In this document: one piece after another, positions 13,017-28,039 of the stretch
Layout of the letters: every line of letters begins with the position of its first letter
Position numbering within the stretch: the first letter of the stretch is position 1
NCBI GenBank assembly: GCA_964016885.1
Contig: OZ024743.1
Location: forward strand, 42,098,001-42,162,000
Origin: Eledone cirrhosa
Taxonomy: Eukaryota
DNA: 64,000 nt
Reading direction: 5' to 3'
The notes under the pieces: model-generated
What the model was told of the DNA's origin: nothing
Seen by the model: only the letters and a program-made list of their open reading frames with translations
The model's database searches: none
Program-made: the position numbers and the translations under genes

Positions 13017-13870
13017 AACGTATTTGCTAAACCCATGGCCTCCAAATACCTGATACTCAAAAACTCACCAATGTCCAGTAGTGCTAAGTTTAATATTCTG
13101 ATCGCACCATGGTACGAGTGATGAAGAACGTGGCCCGCATGTGCGAACCAACAGAAATGGAAAGACACATCCAACACTTCATCAACCACATGCAGTTCTC
13201 TGGCTGCAACCAAAGAGACAGAATCGGAGTATACGAAGGAGCCACGGAGAAGTATAAGACCCTCATAGAACTGGACATGAAAGGAATTTGCCCCTTGTAC
13301 AGGAGAAAATCATGGAATAGATTAGATAGGACTAGACATAAGATAGGGAAAGTCACCTCACGGTACGACAACAAGAGATACCAGAGTGTCATGTTTGTGG
13401 ACGCTACCCCTGGAGGAAAATTAGCTAATCAGTGTAGAAAGGCCCTGAGAAAGACCCACTTAAAGATTAAGGTTGTAGAAAAGCCAGGAACCACCATAAA
13501 GTCCCTGATCAGCAAAACCTACCCTTTTAAGAAAACCCACTTTAATAATAGGAAATATATTATATGTAAAGTAAACCCCGGATAAACTGTAAAGCTAGAA
13601 ACGTAGTCTATAGCATAAGATGTACTGAGTTACTTGCAAGAACATGACAACAACATACCTAGGCGAGACAGCTCGTAGCGTAGGTGAAAGGATAGCCCAA
13701 CACTGGGGGGAACTAAAAGGACGAAAAAACGGTTCAGTACTATACGAATATGCCAGACAACAACACGACGGTAACATAGACAACATAGAAATTAGAAAAA
13801 TATCTAAACATAGAATCAAGGAGGCCAGAGAAACAGAACGTAGATGGCCAAGGCTAAACAGAAAAAAATA
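13017..13870 (+). mobile_element. Penelope-like retroelement remnant (RT thumb/linker plus GIY-YIG endonuclease), frameshifted
   Basis: AKPMASKYLILKNSPMS..; SVMFVDATPGGKLA; IKVVEKPG; TYLGETARSVGERIAQH (GIY-YIG helix). Confidence 0.85.
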
Positions 13871-14161
13871 AATGGAATAACAACAACCCCCATACAAACA
13901 ACACTGACCTAAGAGATGTATAAATAAATACATACACAAGCACAATAACAACAAACACATATAAACACATTCTAGTAAACTAAGATAGAATACGATAACC
14001 AATACACAGTCACTCAAACACGAACACACATCAAACAAAACACTATACACACACGCAAACGCATGCGCAGAGAATACAACAATAAATAAATAAATAAATA
14101 AACAGACTAAATAAAGATGGCGTAGGCATACAATACAACGGGAGGAAATATAATAGCACCA

Positions 14162-14200
14162 CTGACGAGGTTGCAGATGTGCAACGAAATAACTTTGTTA
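14162..14200 (+). ncRNA. Partial hammerhead downstream of the PLE (core and stem II intact, stem I and cleavage site lost)
   Basis: CTGACGA-G-GTTGCA gatg TGCAAC-GAAA-TAAC ttt GTTA. Confidence 0.55.
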
Positions 14201-15256
14201 GACTATATATATGTCTATATTGTATCTGTATTTTTGAACTTTGGTCAATCAATGGAAACATTGAGGACCGAATAAATTAAATTAACCGATATAAAAGACA
14301 CAGAAGCGAAAACCAACCAAACAGTGAGTGTGTTCTGTTATTAATTCTGGCAATATTATTCCTCAAATATGACCCTCCCCAAGTATAACAATATATATAT
14401 ATACATATAAATATATGGAAGAGGGGGGACCTGGACGGATGAACTATAGCCGTTTCAAAAGCTAATTCCTAACGCTTCTGGAACAAGCTCTTGAAATGAC
14501 AAGAGCTCAGCCGTCGGGGTTCCGTCTCTTCAATATAACCATATTTTACTAATACCAAATATCGACTGATCTGGTGAGCAATAGTCAAACTAGTTTCTAA
14601 CTGTATCCATCTTGATACATATATGAGTATACTGACACAATTCTGGACTCCCAAATGTACCAAGATATATATATATAGAGAGAGAGAATCAGTGTTGAGG
14701 TTCATTTACATATCGTCCAGGATGAATTACTTCCAAAATTAAATTGTCAACATTACATAGTATACGGTTTATCGACAAACATACATGTACGTTTGATTTG
14801 TGCAGCCAAGATACACGACAACAAATTTTGCATTTGAATTTTTCTACAACATAAATAATAAATTGGTAAAAAATTGAACACACCAATATTACATAGATTG
14901 TAAAATTTTAAAAGCATTAGAAAATCCAAAATATTTCTCAATATTTATGGCACTATTTTTAAGCTTAACTTGTGTAATTTTCAAACATTGCATTTGCAGA
15001 AATGTAATCGCATTAGAAACAGGTGATTTCGATGCAACACATTTGTAAATGTTAATAGTGATTCATTTGCAATATGAATATTTCAACAGTTGATAGGAAA
15101 GCTGTTTTCTTTTTCGTGATTATTATAGAGAAAATTGAATCGAATATTGTAAACAATGCATTCATGTTTATTCACGTAACCGCACATCGCTCCCCACACA
15201 CACACATATATATATATATGTGTGAGGAGCGGGGTGCGGTTATATATATATATATA

Positions 15257-15297
<41 letters not shown>

Positions 15298-16389
15298 ATA
15301 CACTCATATACAAATACCCATCTATCCATACATATATCTCTCTCTATATATATATATGGGGGAGGGGGCATATATATGCAAAGAGGCGGGGAGATGAGCT
15401 TTTGAGGGACAGAGCATATGACATTGAGAATGCATAAAGTAAAATGGAAGATGTAATATTATGTGCAGGTTTAATCCACATAAATTATATATTGAATATG
15501 ATTTATTCATGCAAATATTCATGTATTTCCATTAACACCGTCAAAGAATGTCTTTGATTCTTTCAACTTCCATTTGATATTTTTTCTCAGGCATTGATAA
15601 ACAGAAGCGGTAGTAAATAGAAATATTTGTATTCTTCTGGAATTCATTTCCTCAGATATATCTTCCTTTTGTTTCTGCTACTGATGCTAATCTTTAGTCA
15701 TTAATAGAAATTACCAATGTAGATTCCCCTGCTATTGATAAAAATATGTCAGGGATATAATTGAATAGTATGAATAGAACACATAACTCGATTACTTTGC
15801 ATTCTGTATGTTTGCAGAGCGTAGTTAAACAATGGCGAAATATTTTATAGAAAGAGGATTGCACCTAAAGCATGGTAACAATGCAATTATAAACTGACAA
15901 CACTATACATGTGCCTTAACTGTTATGAATGGTACAAATAAGTAACAATATTGATCTGATCGATGTAGATCTGCTAATGCGTGTCAGGCAGATGCTTATA
16001 AATTAGTGAATTATGATAAAAAAATTGACGAAATTATTAACATCATTTTTTTAAATATTGGCAAGAAACACCTTAAGTTATAAAATATAAAAATGTGAAA
16101 ATATTTGATATACATGAAATATATTGCTTTTCACTTCAAGATTTTGCTGTCTTTTATGTATTTTCATGGGTTTTATAAAATATTCTACACATATATATTA
16201 GTATGCTGTGCTTAAGTAATTGATTTTAGTTGTGGCTTGTAACATGAAGTTTGCGTGGACCATGCTGGCCCTGTGTGAGTTGGCAGGGATGTATATCATC
16301 TCGGTCTGGAACCTCGACCCCAATCATTCCAACATCGCTGAACGTGCTTTGGTATAACTTGAGTTTTCTTCAATCATCGCCAGCCCCAC

Positions 16390-18670
16390 CACCATGTCAA
16401 GGTGTCACATCTACGTGATGGATATGAAACCTGTTCACGGTGACGGAGTTTGCGAGGACCGAAGGAAACTCAAACTATCCCAAGAACGTTCCACCATCAT
16501 AATGAGCGATTTTAATACAAACATCGCGGAAACAGAGACGAGGAATGTATTGGAAAATTTGAACTCGGTGAGAGAAAGGACAGAGGAGACAACCTTGTCA
16601 AATTTGCAACAGTATTTGGGTTCAAAATCATGATCGCATTAAAAGAAATCCACTAAAAATGGACTTGGCATAGCTTAAGCTACGATATCTTCCATAAAAT
16701 TGATTACATCATAGAAGGCAAACACCAGATGTTGATAAAAATGAGTGTCCTTAATAACATGGTTATTAATAATGACCATAGAATGTTACGACGCAAACGA
16801 AAATTCGACACGAAATGTGAGAGGCGAAAACACTTCCCTTTCAGACCCGAGCTTCTCTGGGTGTCAAATTACATTATCCAAGAGTTCCAACAATTACTAC
16901 ATAGCTGATAGGCATTTCTAGAAGAACAAAGAAATCTGAATAGCAGTGACGTCACCATCACCATCACCAATTTGAACGAAAAAATATTAAATCACTCACA
17001 GAAATAACCAAATGGTGAAAGACCAAGAACAAAATAGCCAGCAATTTCTCAGAGGAAACAAAGCTTCCATGCAAAAGTGAAGGAAGTCCAAAACTCCGAC
17101 GACAGACAGGGAAATTATTCAAACCGCAGATCATAACAACCCATCCAAAAGATACAGGAAGAATACCTTCGGAACCCAAATGAACAACCTTCCGAAAATC
17201 ATGAAACAATGAAAAGCCTTCAAAATGACAAAGAAGTAATTAAACGAAGGAACACTGCAATTTGCATAAGATCTAGAAGATAAGAGTTCTGTAGCAGTGG
17301 ATCGAGTTTGAATCGTCGAAAGTGCAGGTGATCTCTACGAAACACTATTCATACAACCGAGTGAAACCAGATTCTGAGGATCGGGAGACTGAAATTCAAC
17401 AACAGTTCGAAGACCCTCAAAAAGGTGAAGCCTGGTAAGTTGAGTTTGTAATCAAACAACAACCAAGACCCGACTATATCGCAATCGATCTCATGAGAAA
17501 CTGGACAGCTTTTATAAGGAATTTCTAAAACAAAGCCAAGTTCTGGAGGAATGGAATGAAGCAACCTTAATATTTCTGTACAAAAAAGTAGACCCAAAGA
17601 ACATCTCTAATTACCGCCCAATGAACAAAGTTAAAAGAGCACCTGATTAAAATCACCCCAGAGAACAAGTAGGTTTCAGGAAAGACCTTTCCACGTAGTA
17701 AACCAGGTCATCGAAAACTGCTCAAAGTACAATATCCGTTTGGTCGTTGGTCTGTTGTAGTAAAACAAGGTCTTCGATGCCTCAGATTTCATGGATGTTA
17801 TCAAAACCTTCCAAGAAGAGAGTGTCGCTTCCGCTTATGTCTAACGTGCTACCACAAATCTACAAAAATGCAAGTTCATATATCTGAATACAAAACGATG
17901 CAAAGCCGTTACGACTTCGAATAGGAGAACAACAGAAGGACATAACGTTTCCAAATCATCTCAAAGTGGTCCTGAAAGGTATTTTCCGAAAACGTAGATG
18001 GGAATAGATGAGCATCAAGATCGCTGGCGAATATGTAAATCACCTAAAGTTCACTCACAGTATCATTACCACGAGCAACAGAGAAGAACTACAGCACAAG
18101 CTCAGGGAAATGAACAGAACTAGCTTAGAAATATATCTGACATTGAACATCATAAAGACCAAATTCATGTGCGATAAATACGTTGAAGATGCAGACATGA
18201 TAATCAGGATCATTAATAACGAGTTCGCGGAGGTCGACCACTATAGCTACCTCGGTTAGCGCATTTAACTGGCCTCAAGCGCCACATCACACTGAGGTGG
18301 CAGACCTTAGTGAGAGTGAGTGCCATCTTCAATAAAAAGACGTCCCTTTCGTCTAAAACATCAGGATTATGACCACTATACTAGTATTCCTCCGATTGCC
18401 TCCTATAGATCAGAGACGGGAAACTTAAAATAGCAAACTCTAAAGTTACAAACATTACAAAGAGACCACACATTGAGCATGTTAAAGCTCACATGGCGAG
18501 ATCGAAAAAACAAAGCATGAACCCGAGAAAAAATAAAGGTTCGTAACATCCCAAAAATGATTATCAATGCAAAATAGAAGTACGCTGGAATCATTGCCAG
18601 AATAACTGACAGCAGATGAACTACCAGCGTCACCTTCTGGACCCATGAGGTCACAAAGGAATTGGGATAC
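16390..18670 (+). mobile_element. Degenerate RTE-clade LINE (APE plus RT), many stops and frameshifts
   Basis: TIIMSDFN (APE GDFN), SNYRP, KIAGEYVNHLKF (RT FADD region decayed), EVDHYSYLG. Confidence 0.8.
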
Positions 18671-18931
18671 CCAGAATACCAGGTCTATGTCTTACAACGT
18701 ACTTTCCAGGGCTGAAGATGATAATGAATTCACTGCGTAAATTCGTGATTCTCGTTTGTTCCATCAACGCAACAATTTGGGTAAGGTTCTCCGTCATTAG
18801 TCCCAGGTTGACCAATGATTTGTGAGTGGAATTTTGTAGATAGAACGGCCAGAATCCCGTCATGTGTACACACTCACAGAGATATGTACATACAGACAAA
18901 CACACACACACACACACGTACACACACACGT

Positions 18932-19074
<143 letters not shown>

Positions 19075-19079
19075 TGAAA

Positions 19080-19995
<916 letters not shown>

Positions 19996-20494
19996 CTTAA
20001 ACTTTCACTCGTGTAGTACATCTCAATTTTTTTCATTCTGAAAATAAAAACACATTTTCTTATATATATGTATATTTCACATTTTCTGCTGAGATAGCAA
20101 CGGAAGAAAATGAGAGTAGCAATATATTTTCTGCAAGAGTGTAGTCATGAATAAGTATTTATAAAGTTTGCTTACATGTTTTTCATTAAGGATTTATTAT
20201 TAACAAAGTCAATGCTTTTAGACAACACATATTTATATTTTGATAATATAGAATCTTGTATCAGAAAAATCTAAATATAAGTATGTTTCTTAAACATTTC
20301 TCACAAACGAACATAAATTATTTTGTAATCAATATAAACAGCTGAAAGCAGTACATTTAAAGAGAAGATTTTAAGACAGCTGGATACACCACTATCTTCA
20401 CTAAAACACATTTCACTTCAAATAAGCACTATATACATACCTGAAGCATCCAGGAATAACATAATATATATTTTATTGAAATAATTTATCCATG

Positions 20495-20745
20495 CGCCAT
20501 ATAGGGTCTGAGACTTAGACACTGACCAAGAAACTCACTCAGATAGTGGTTGGGTGCTACACGAGAATGCTGTGGATGGCTCTGAACATTAATCAGTATA
20601 CACTGAGGATGAAAAACTCAGAGCTGTACGGGAGCCTCCCAAAAGTCAGCTCGAAAGTGACTCAGAGGAGACTGAAGTTAACTGGACATGCTCACCGACA
20701 TCCAGAGTTGACACTGCACTCAGTGCTCTTGTGGCAGCGATAATG
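20495..20745 (+). mobile_element. RTE/RTEX-like LINE C-terminal fragment
   Basis: GCYTRMLWMALNI..RRLKLTGHAHRHPE. Confidence 0.65.
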
Positions 20746-21149
20746 AGGGTCAGAGACTGCTGAAGATACTCGTCAATGGATCTCCGAAATTTTACTCGCC
20801 CTAAAACTACACATATACGAACACCATGGCAGTCTTTGCTAGAAAAATGACATCAACTATCAATTTAGATGCATCTTAACCATGAAAATAATCTTAATTT
20901 TAAAATGTGCCTGGCAACGTCATATATTTGTATAATAATGCAGTATCTGTTGCTTCCACAATATTCATGATATGTACACTTTGTTAAGGTGCGATCAGTA
21001 ATTACTGATAAAATAAATTTAGAAGAGTATAGCAGAATTGGGAGCCATAATATCGTCAACTCTACTGATCACTGAGAATGTTAAGGTTCATCTGCAGAAT
21101 ACAGGCAATGAACCTCGAGTAACAAGGACGATATTGCTATGCGATTCCA

Positions 21150-22290
21150 CGCCCCAAAAATAGTTTGATGATGAAAGATAGTGTTTAGGAGATGTCACTT
21201 GTCCTTTACAGATTGGTTTCATCCGCTATTCACCACTCCTCTCACAAATAGTAACATGAGATGAATCGTGGGGACCCCAGTGTCTTGGCTGCTACAAATG
21301 TCAAGACGTTTAACAATGGAATATGTGAGAGTCGTGTGCTCTCTTATTCATATGTGCAACATCCGGACGTTACTTTCAGTGCACAGGGAGATACAGTTTT
21401 GTACAAGTGATCTAAAATGCCAAACACACTCTTCAGCTTACGTCTGTGTTGTTGATAGGACAATCAGGAATGTTGCACATATGATTGTAGTTTGGATTCG
21501 ACCTATAGAGCAGTCTTTTCAATGAGTGTCTCGAGTACGCTAGCGGTATATTCAGTCACTCCATACTGTTGTCTTGTCTTAAGGCAGCTGTCGTCTTCTC
21601 AGTAAAGTAAGGCAGCTTCAGGCATCATATGTTATCACTTGGGCTCATGTCCTCATTGTTCTTTAAAGTGTTGCTACCTTGGCGCTTTGGTGTTTCGTGA
21701 GAGAAATGGGGTATTTGTTTTAGCTGAGAACTCGCTGGAATTACAAAGTGTTTGAATGTCTGTCACTATCCTCGCTGCATTGTTGCGTAACCGAGTGTTC
21801 TCATTCCGTATTTAGGCCATTTCCGCCATTTCAGGTCTGAGTCATGTTGCACAAACATTTCTCTGCAGGCACCCTTCTTACACAATTGGGTGTGCATATG
21901 CACCTTTCGTTAGTGACTCTTAGTGTAAAGTCGAGTGAAGTGAGGTGTCTAGGCGCTCAACCTCATATTTCACGTACCTGCGGAAGAAAGTGTAAGAGTG
22001 GCAGGTATTCAGTGATGTGCGCTCCACCTTGTCCATGTAAATGATAGCCAGAAAGACTTGACGTCATCGGAAGTCCTAAAATTTGTTTGTAGACAAGGCC
22101 TTCAAAATGGAAAAGTGTGTTGCATATGATTATATAGAGTAGGTGATATCGGTAGAGGTTTTTATATAGACCGCAATTAAGTTGTTGACCTTGATGGGAC
22201 AGAGTTGTAGAGAGAAACTATATTTAAACTAAATGAGTATCAAATTTTCAACATCTTCGAAAATGTAGACACACTCTCTGCTAGTGGGAC
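21150..22290 (-). mobile_element. Degenerate Penelope-like element (RT plus GIY-YIG)
   Basis: Minus-strand reading: IVSLYNSVP; FHFEGLVYKQILGLPM; LAIIYMDKVE; FFRRYV; decayed Y-GESTR near 21350. Confidence 0.65.
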
Positions 22291-22319
22291 AGTAGGTGAT
22301 ATGTTGTGAGAAGCCGCTG

Positions 22320-23400
22320 TTAGATTTTAGAAACTTCGTTAAGAATATCAGTACTAGAATCTCTAACCTCTCCTCTAATAAGGCTATCTTTGACAGGGCT
22401 GCACCCTACTATAACACGGCGTTGGCTAACAGCGGCTTCTCACAACCTGTCACCTACTCTCCCATTAGCAACAACACAATTAAGAAAAGTAAGCGCATCA
22501 ATAGGTAAATTATCTGGTTCTCTCCTCCCTTCTCACTCAACGTTAAAAGCAATGTAGGAAAAGAATGTCTAGCCCTCTTAGATAGACACGTCCCCATAGG
22601 TCATAAATGCCGCTCCATCTTTAACCGACACGAAGTTAAACTAGAATACTCCTGCGCTAAGAACATGAAGGCCCACATCACCAGCAGCCCTAGGGGCAAA
22701 ACGCCACCAGGGTGCGCTTGCCGTAAGCCTGAGGCTTGCCCTCTTCAACAGCAATGCAACACACCAGCTGTAACCTATGAAGCTGTGGTCACTTCCAACC
22801 GACCAAACGAACCAAAGGAGGTCAAATCCTATGTGGGCATGGCGGAGGGCCGATTCAAGGAGCGTTTGCTGACCCACCAGTCTACCTTCAGATACCCGCA
22901 CAGACGTTCATCCACGAAACTCGCGAGCCATGTATGGTCCCTCAAGTACACAAGTATAGGCTACTCCATTCAATGGAAAGCCATCACTAAGTCCAAGCCA
23001 TACGCAAGGGCAAATCCTAAACACGAGGAGTGAATTTTTCACACGTTGCCCACACGTCACCAAACCTCTATTGCATAACTACAAGGCTCCGGACTGATCC
23101 TTTGTAATTTTATTTTAAATTTTTATTTATTTTATTTTCAACCTAAAAACTTTCCGGACTTTCGCAGTTATCTTCCTTACACCTCCCGCACGCAGTCAGG
23201 TATTGCCTGTGTGAAGTGGCCTAGATTCTGCGCATGCGCGTTCGTACGGTTGTCCTCTCTGTTCCTATAACCATACACATCCCGAGCTGAAGATCCGCGA
23301 AGGTGAAACAATTGTTCTCGGTATGTGTAACCATTTCTACCTAACTCGTCCCTTGGACTGAGTGCTCTACCACTACGGATATTACCTTCCAGTGTTCCAC
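22320..23400 (+). mobile_element. Penelope-like element 3' part (Neptune-type linker plus GIY-YIG) with 3' HHR
   Basis: RISNLSSNKAIF..YNTALANSGF; IIWFSPPFS; CACRKPEACPL; YVGMAEGRFKER..H..F. Confidence 0.9.
23274..23329 (+). ncRNA. Type I hammerhead (family A) at the PLE 3' end
   Basis: TACACAT-c-CCGAG-CTGAAGA-T-CC gcgaa GG-T-GAAA-CAATTG-TT|CTCGG-t-ATGTGTA: 12 bp stem I with one mismatch, palindromic stem III. Confidence 0.85.
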
Positions 23401-23507
23401 CATTATATATATATACGTACAACATATATCTTATATATATATATAAATATATATATATATGTATATTTAAAAAATTAGAGGTGTGACACGAGTTGCGATA
23501 TATTAGT

Positions 23508-23576
23508 AAATAATTTTCAGATGGAGTGGTCGTGATTTTTGGCAAAAATCACGAGCACTCTATCTCAAAATTATTT
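23508..23576. repeat. About 33 bp arm hairpin / palindrome
   Basis: aaataattttcagatggagtggtcgtgattttt-ggc-aaaaatcacgagcactctatctcaaaattattt. Confidence 0.8.
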
Positions 23577-23720
23577 TTGAAAAGCATAAGAAATGCGCAA
23601 CCGGTAAAAACATAAAACTAAAACTGAATACTAACTAATACTTATTACTAATTTATACTTATTCCTAATTAAACTTTTTTTCACTGGGAAAAATATGTCA
23701 GCATTTTCTTTTCATTGTTA

Positions 23721-23763
<43 letters not shown>

Positions 23764-25474
23764 AAGTATGACCCCGACGGCAGAGGTCAAGCCGTTTCGA
23801 CGGCTATTTCCGAACGCATATATATATAAATTTATTCTTCCAATATTGGTATTTTCAATATTTTGAAAAGAATCAATATTACTAGCAGAAAAACCATCCA
23901 GCATGTGTAGTGTGCATATTGATATTATACGCAAATATATATACATATAGATATGATACATCAAATAAAATCGCAATTGACAATATCCACAGAAATTGAA
24001 GACAATCTGTGTCACACTCTCTTATGTAATTAGTAAAGTAATCGATGATACATTAAAAAATGACGATATTATATATAAACTGCATAAGGAAAATAATAGT
24101 GACGGAAATATATGAATGCTTATATAAGCGATCGCTAACCGAAATGTTGATATTTTAAAATGTTAAAGAAGTGAATCTTTATTATAGTTAAGATTTCTGG
24201 ATTGTTGAAGATATGTTTGGGGACATTTTATGAGGAAAATCGATTTATTTTAGTCAACCTAGTTTATATTCCCCTCACACTCACCCAATCGAGATTTTGG
24301 TTTACGTTTAATATTTTTAATTAGTTATATTAGTTCATAATGTATCTGTATATTTAATCCTTTCATTGAGATGTATAATTATTAAAGATAGATAATCTTT
24401 TAATCGATACCGGCTTCTCCTTCATTATAATGTTGATTTATACGGGTTTTCAGTGATATTTCTAGCCTCACTATAAGCCTATTGCATTATCCTAATATAT
24501 AGAGAGATATGTTCTTTTAGTAGTTTAATGATGCAACGTGCTGGACACCATGCGGGCTCAGCAAAATATTTGCCTGTATACTAAATGTTCAATATCTTTC
24601 CCTGAAGAAGGAATTAATTATTCCAATATTGGTGCTTCAATGTTTTGAAATAACTAATAATTAAGGGACTTTTATGAATAAAATTGACTTATATCCCACC
24701 AAATCGAGATTTTAGCTTAAGGTGTAGGTCTAAAGACTATATCGACACACAGTCTGTGTTTCCTTTATCTACACTGTACCAGATTTAAGGCATGTTATAT
24801 TTCATAAGACTATCGTTACAGTTCGTTTTTAGTCTGGCTTCCTTAACATAAAAATCAAGGTAACGAAGATAATTACCACTATTTGCACGCAACACATCGG
24901 CTTATTGAAGTATAGAATATCGATAATAGCCCAAAGACTGCTTCATATTCGAAGATATGTCACCATCAGAAGAGATATAATCGAATGTTTTTCTTTATTA
25001 TTATCGAATGAGTATTGCCATCAATCATTGTACATGTACTTCAATTCGTCAATACACATTCAAAGTATAATAGTACATATCAGTTGTAAAAATTACATAT
25101 CCATATACGCACACTCAAATAACCCATCTTTATACAGACGTATGCGTCATATATATTAACGAATACTCTACCCCTAGGATATGATTGTTATGAAGTTTTC
25201 CTTATATTAGATTAATTTATTGAGATCTACTTGTTGGTCAGTCTCTAGTTTTATCTAAGATATTTCTTTCCCTGTCTCACCCAACCCTCTATTTATCCCC
25301 CTCTCTCTCTCTTTACATATATTATATATATATATATATAACGAAGGAAGAGTGGTAAGGAACCAGATAATCCCCTCTAAACGGCTTGAGCTCTGTCGTC
25401 GGGGTCAAACATTTTCCTATATATATATCATCAAGAAGTATGTATATATTATATATATATATATATTTATAAAT

Positions 25475-25516
<42 letters not shown>

Positions 25517-25753
25517 CAGATACCGGTTTATGGTGCATTCTTGTTGAGGATTATATCTAAAACAATGTACGACCCAACGTAAATAATTAAATTGTCACAC
25601 ACACATGGACACTTGCATACATCGCAATCATATGGGAGTAAAAATAGAAAATCGAAAATAGTAAAAACAAAGGGACAAACGTAGTAATTTAAAGGGTCGT
25701 GAAATATGGACGAATGGGCTTTGACAATTAACTAACCATTATATTTCCTCAGT

Positions 25754-25834
25754 AGTCACCCATCTAAGTACTAACTAGCCTCGACGTTACTTAACTCCGG
25801 TGATCGGACGAGACTAGTGTTTTCAGCGTGATAT
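25754..25834 (-). pseudogene. RNA5S: 5S rRNA fragment (about nt 11-92 of 5S)
   Basis: Reverse complement atatcacgctgaaaacactagtctcgtccgatcaccggagttaagtaacgtcgaggctagttagtacttagatgggtgac matches invertebrate 5S, including box A and box C regions. Confidence 0.9.
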
Positions 25835-25835
25835 C

Positions 25836-26012
25836 GGCAGTATCGGTAGTGGGTTGGACGCCATGCTTTCTAGCTTAGTTACGTCCCTTTACGGTCTGAG
25901 TTCAAATCCCGTCGAGGTTAACTTTGCCTTTAATCCTTACGGGGTCGATAAAATAAAGTACCAGTAATGTACTGGGTAATTGCTGGGCTTGTGCCAAAAG
26001 CAGAAACAATTA
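25836..26012 (+). mobile_element. tRNA-derived SINE, slightly 5' truncated, fused head-to-head to the 5S fragment
   Basis: Same family as 132-838. Confidence 0.9.
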
Positions 26013-26676
26013 TATTTTCTCAGTAGTAACCCAGTTTTATTGCTGCTGTTTCTTAAGTTCAATGTTCAGCCTGATTCCGGAGAAATACGATAGGAGATGT
26101 TCGTTTTGTTATTATCCACTATTATATAATGCAATGGACTAACATAATTGATGGATCATTCTTCATTTAGTGTGTGCTTTATGGGATACTATCATGATGG
26201 GTTGTTACGTTGAGATGTTTCACCTTGATTAATTATGCATTATTTCGTTGGATAAGCTGCAGCTCAACCTTAAAGCTTCTAGAGATATGTAACTGCCACT
26301 AAATTCTAATAAATTAAAATATATTAATGCAGCGATAAATCATCAAATTCATAGAAGTTCAGCAATTTTATTTCATTTTTTATGTCCTTCGTAAAATGTT
26401 ACATCCTGCATTAGATCATCAGGGAAACCATTTAATTGATTGCATGTAGTTAATGGGAGTGAGGGATAACGGATGTGATAATAACTTGTTATCATGTAGC
26501 AATATTTTATGTAAAAGAGAATGTCTCAAGGGATATCGAACATGATTACTCAACAACAAATATTTACAATATTTTAAAGTCAAATATTCCAGGATATCAT
26601 ATTCCAGTTTCAATATGTATCTAGTTTTATTGAATATTTTATTCAACACTTCGTATAAGCTTGCATTATTCATAAG

Positions 26677-26902
26677 GGCGGTGGATTGGCAAAGTGTGGT
26701 GGATTGGCAAAGTGTGGTGGATTCAGTATTTGTAGAGAGTCGGTTGCCATGCTTTGCAGCAAGGTGTTACGTCCCTTTATGGTTTGAGTTCAAATCCCGC
26801 CGAGGTTAACTTTGCCTTTCATCCTTACGGGATCGATATAATAAAGCACCAGTAATACACTGGGATAATTGCTGGCCTTGTGCCAAATGTAGAAACAATT
26901 AT
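26677..26902 (+). mobile_element. tRNA-derived SINE with tandemly duplicated head
   Basis: gtggattggcaaagtgtg repeated; B-box gagttcaaatccc. Confidence 0.9.
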
Positions 26903-28039
26903 TTATAACCAGAGACATCCATGAACCCATGCATACTGACATATACTTATATATGTTCACAAATACGAACCCAGGTATATGTGTGAGTGTGTGAACATAC
27001 ACGTATTTATAGGTATAAGCAGTTTTATGTTCACACACACACAAACCATATATACATACATATGTGTTGCGGATTCTCCATCGTTATTGACGTTAAGCAT
27101 TCAGTTCTACGATCATCCGAATCGCTACCCCTGAAGTTAACGTATACATGCACGAGCATCCCACAAGCATGTATTTACATACTGCTATAAAGGCCTTTTA
27201 CAATGTAATAATACTGTAATAAGTCTCCATGTACTTCAGGTACACCTCAAGTACATGCACACACATGTATGTACACACATGTATGTACACACATGTATGT
27301 ACATACATGTATGTACACACATGTATGTACACATACATGCCACACATACTTATGAACGTGTTGTTCTATTAAACCACGACAACCCCACATTCTTATCCTA
27401 TCTCCGCCTGGAATGTTCAATATCAAGTGTATATTGACGACTACGTAACTGACCTCAACATCCTATTTTGCATTCCATCACAACACACATGTCACATACG
27501 CTATTTTCTACATAGACAAAATCTATCCCCGCTCACAACATACCTATGTATAAATCTATATACGTATATATCTACACACCTTTTAATTTATATACTTTTC
27601 CACTATATACACACATATCTTTTTGTTATTTCCTTTTTTTTCTCCCTTCAATCTATCACCTCACATCTCTATCAAGTTAGGCATTCCTTACTTTTCTTCC
27701 TATCTGCTTATAACGTAGCCCAACGAGTTTGTTTATTTCCTCTCTTCTTCAACTTGGAAACGTCCCAAACCTTTTCTTATTTCATGCTTATCACTCTAAT
27801 TATACTATGAATACGGGTTGTGTCAAGTCACGTGGTGGTCTTAATAGCTCAGCAACACTATAGTGAAGCTTGCGTGTCGTTGGTGTCATTCCACTCAGTA
27901 GAATCTAACAGAATCAGCTATATGACACCATTAATATATTTGTAGCATTACATCTTCTGAACTGTGCATCCGGTGAATATACGAAAAATGTATGCGATAG
28001 CCTGTCTTGGCTGTGATATTGATATATTCATGGCGTGGA

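Noticed and set aside
15580-15900. Possible host exons after polypyrimidine-AG (also 33490-33590)
   Set aside because: No sustained open frame or recognisable protein; cannot be supported without RNA data.
20760-20800. CTGAAGA..CCGAAATTTTA hammerhead-like motif
   Set aside because: Stems I and II do not pair convincingly.
24602-24630. CTGAAGA-A-GGAAT taatt ATTCC
   Set aside because: Good stem II but no GAAA, stem III or stem I partner.
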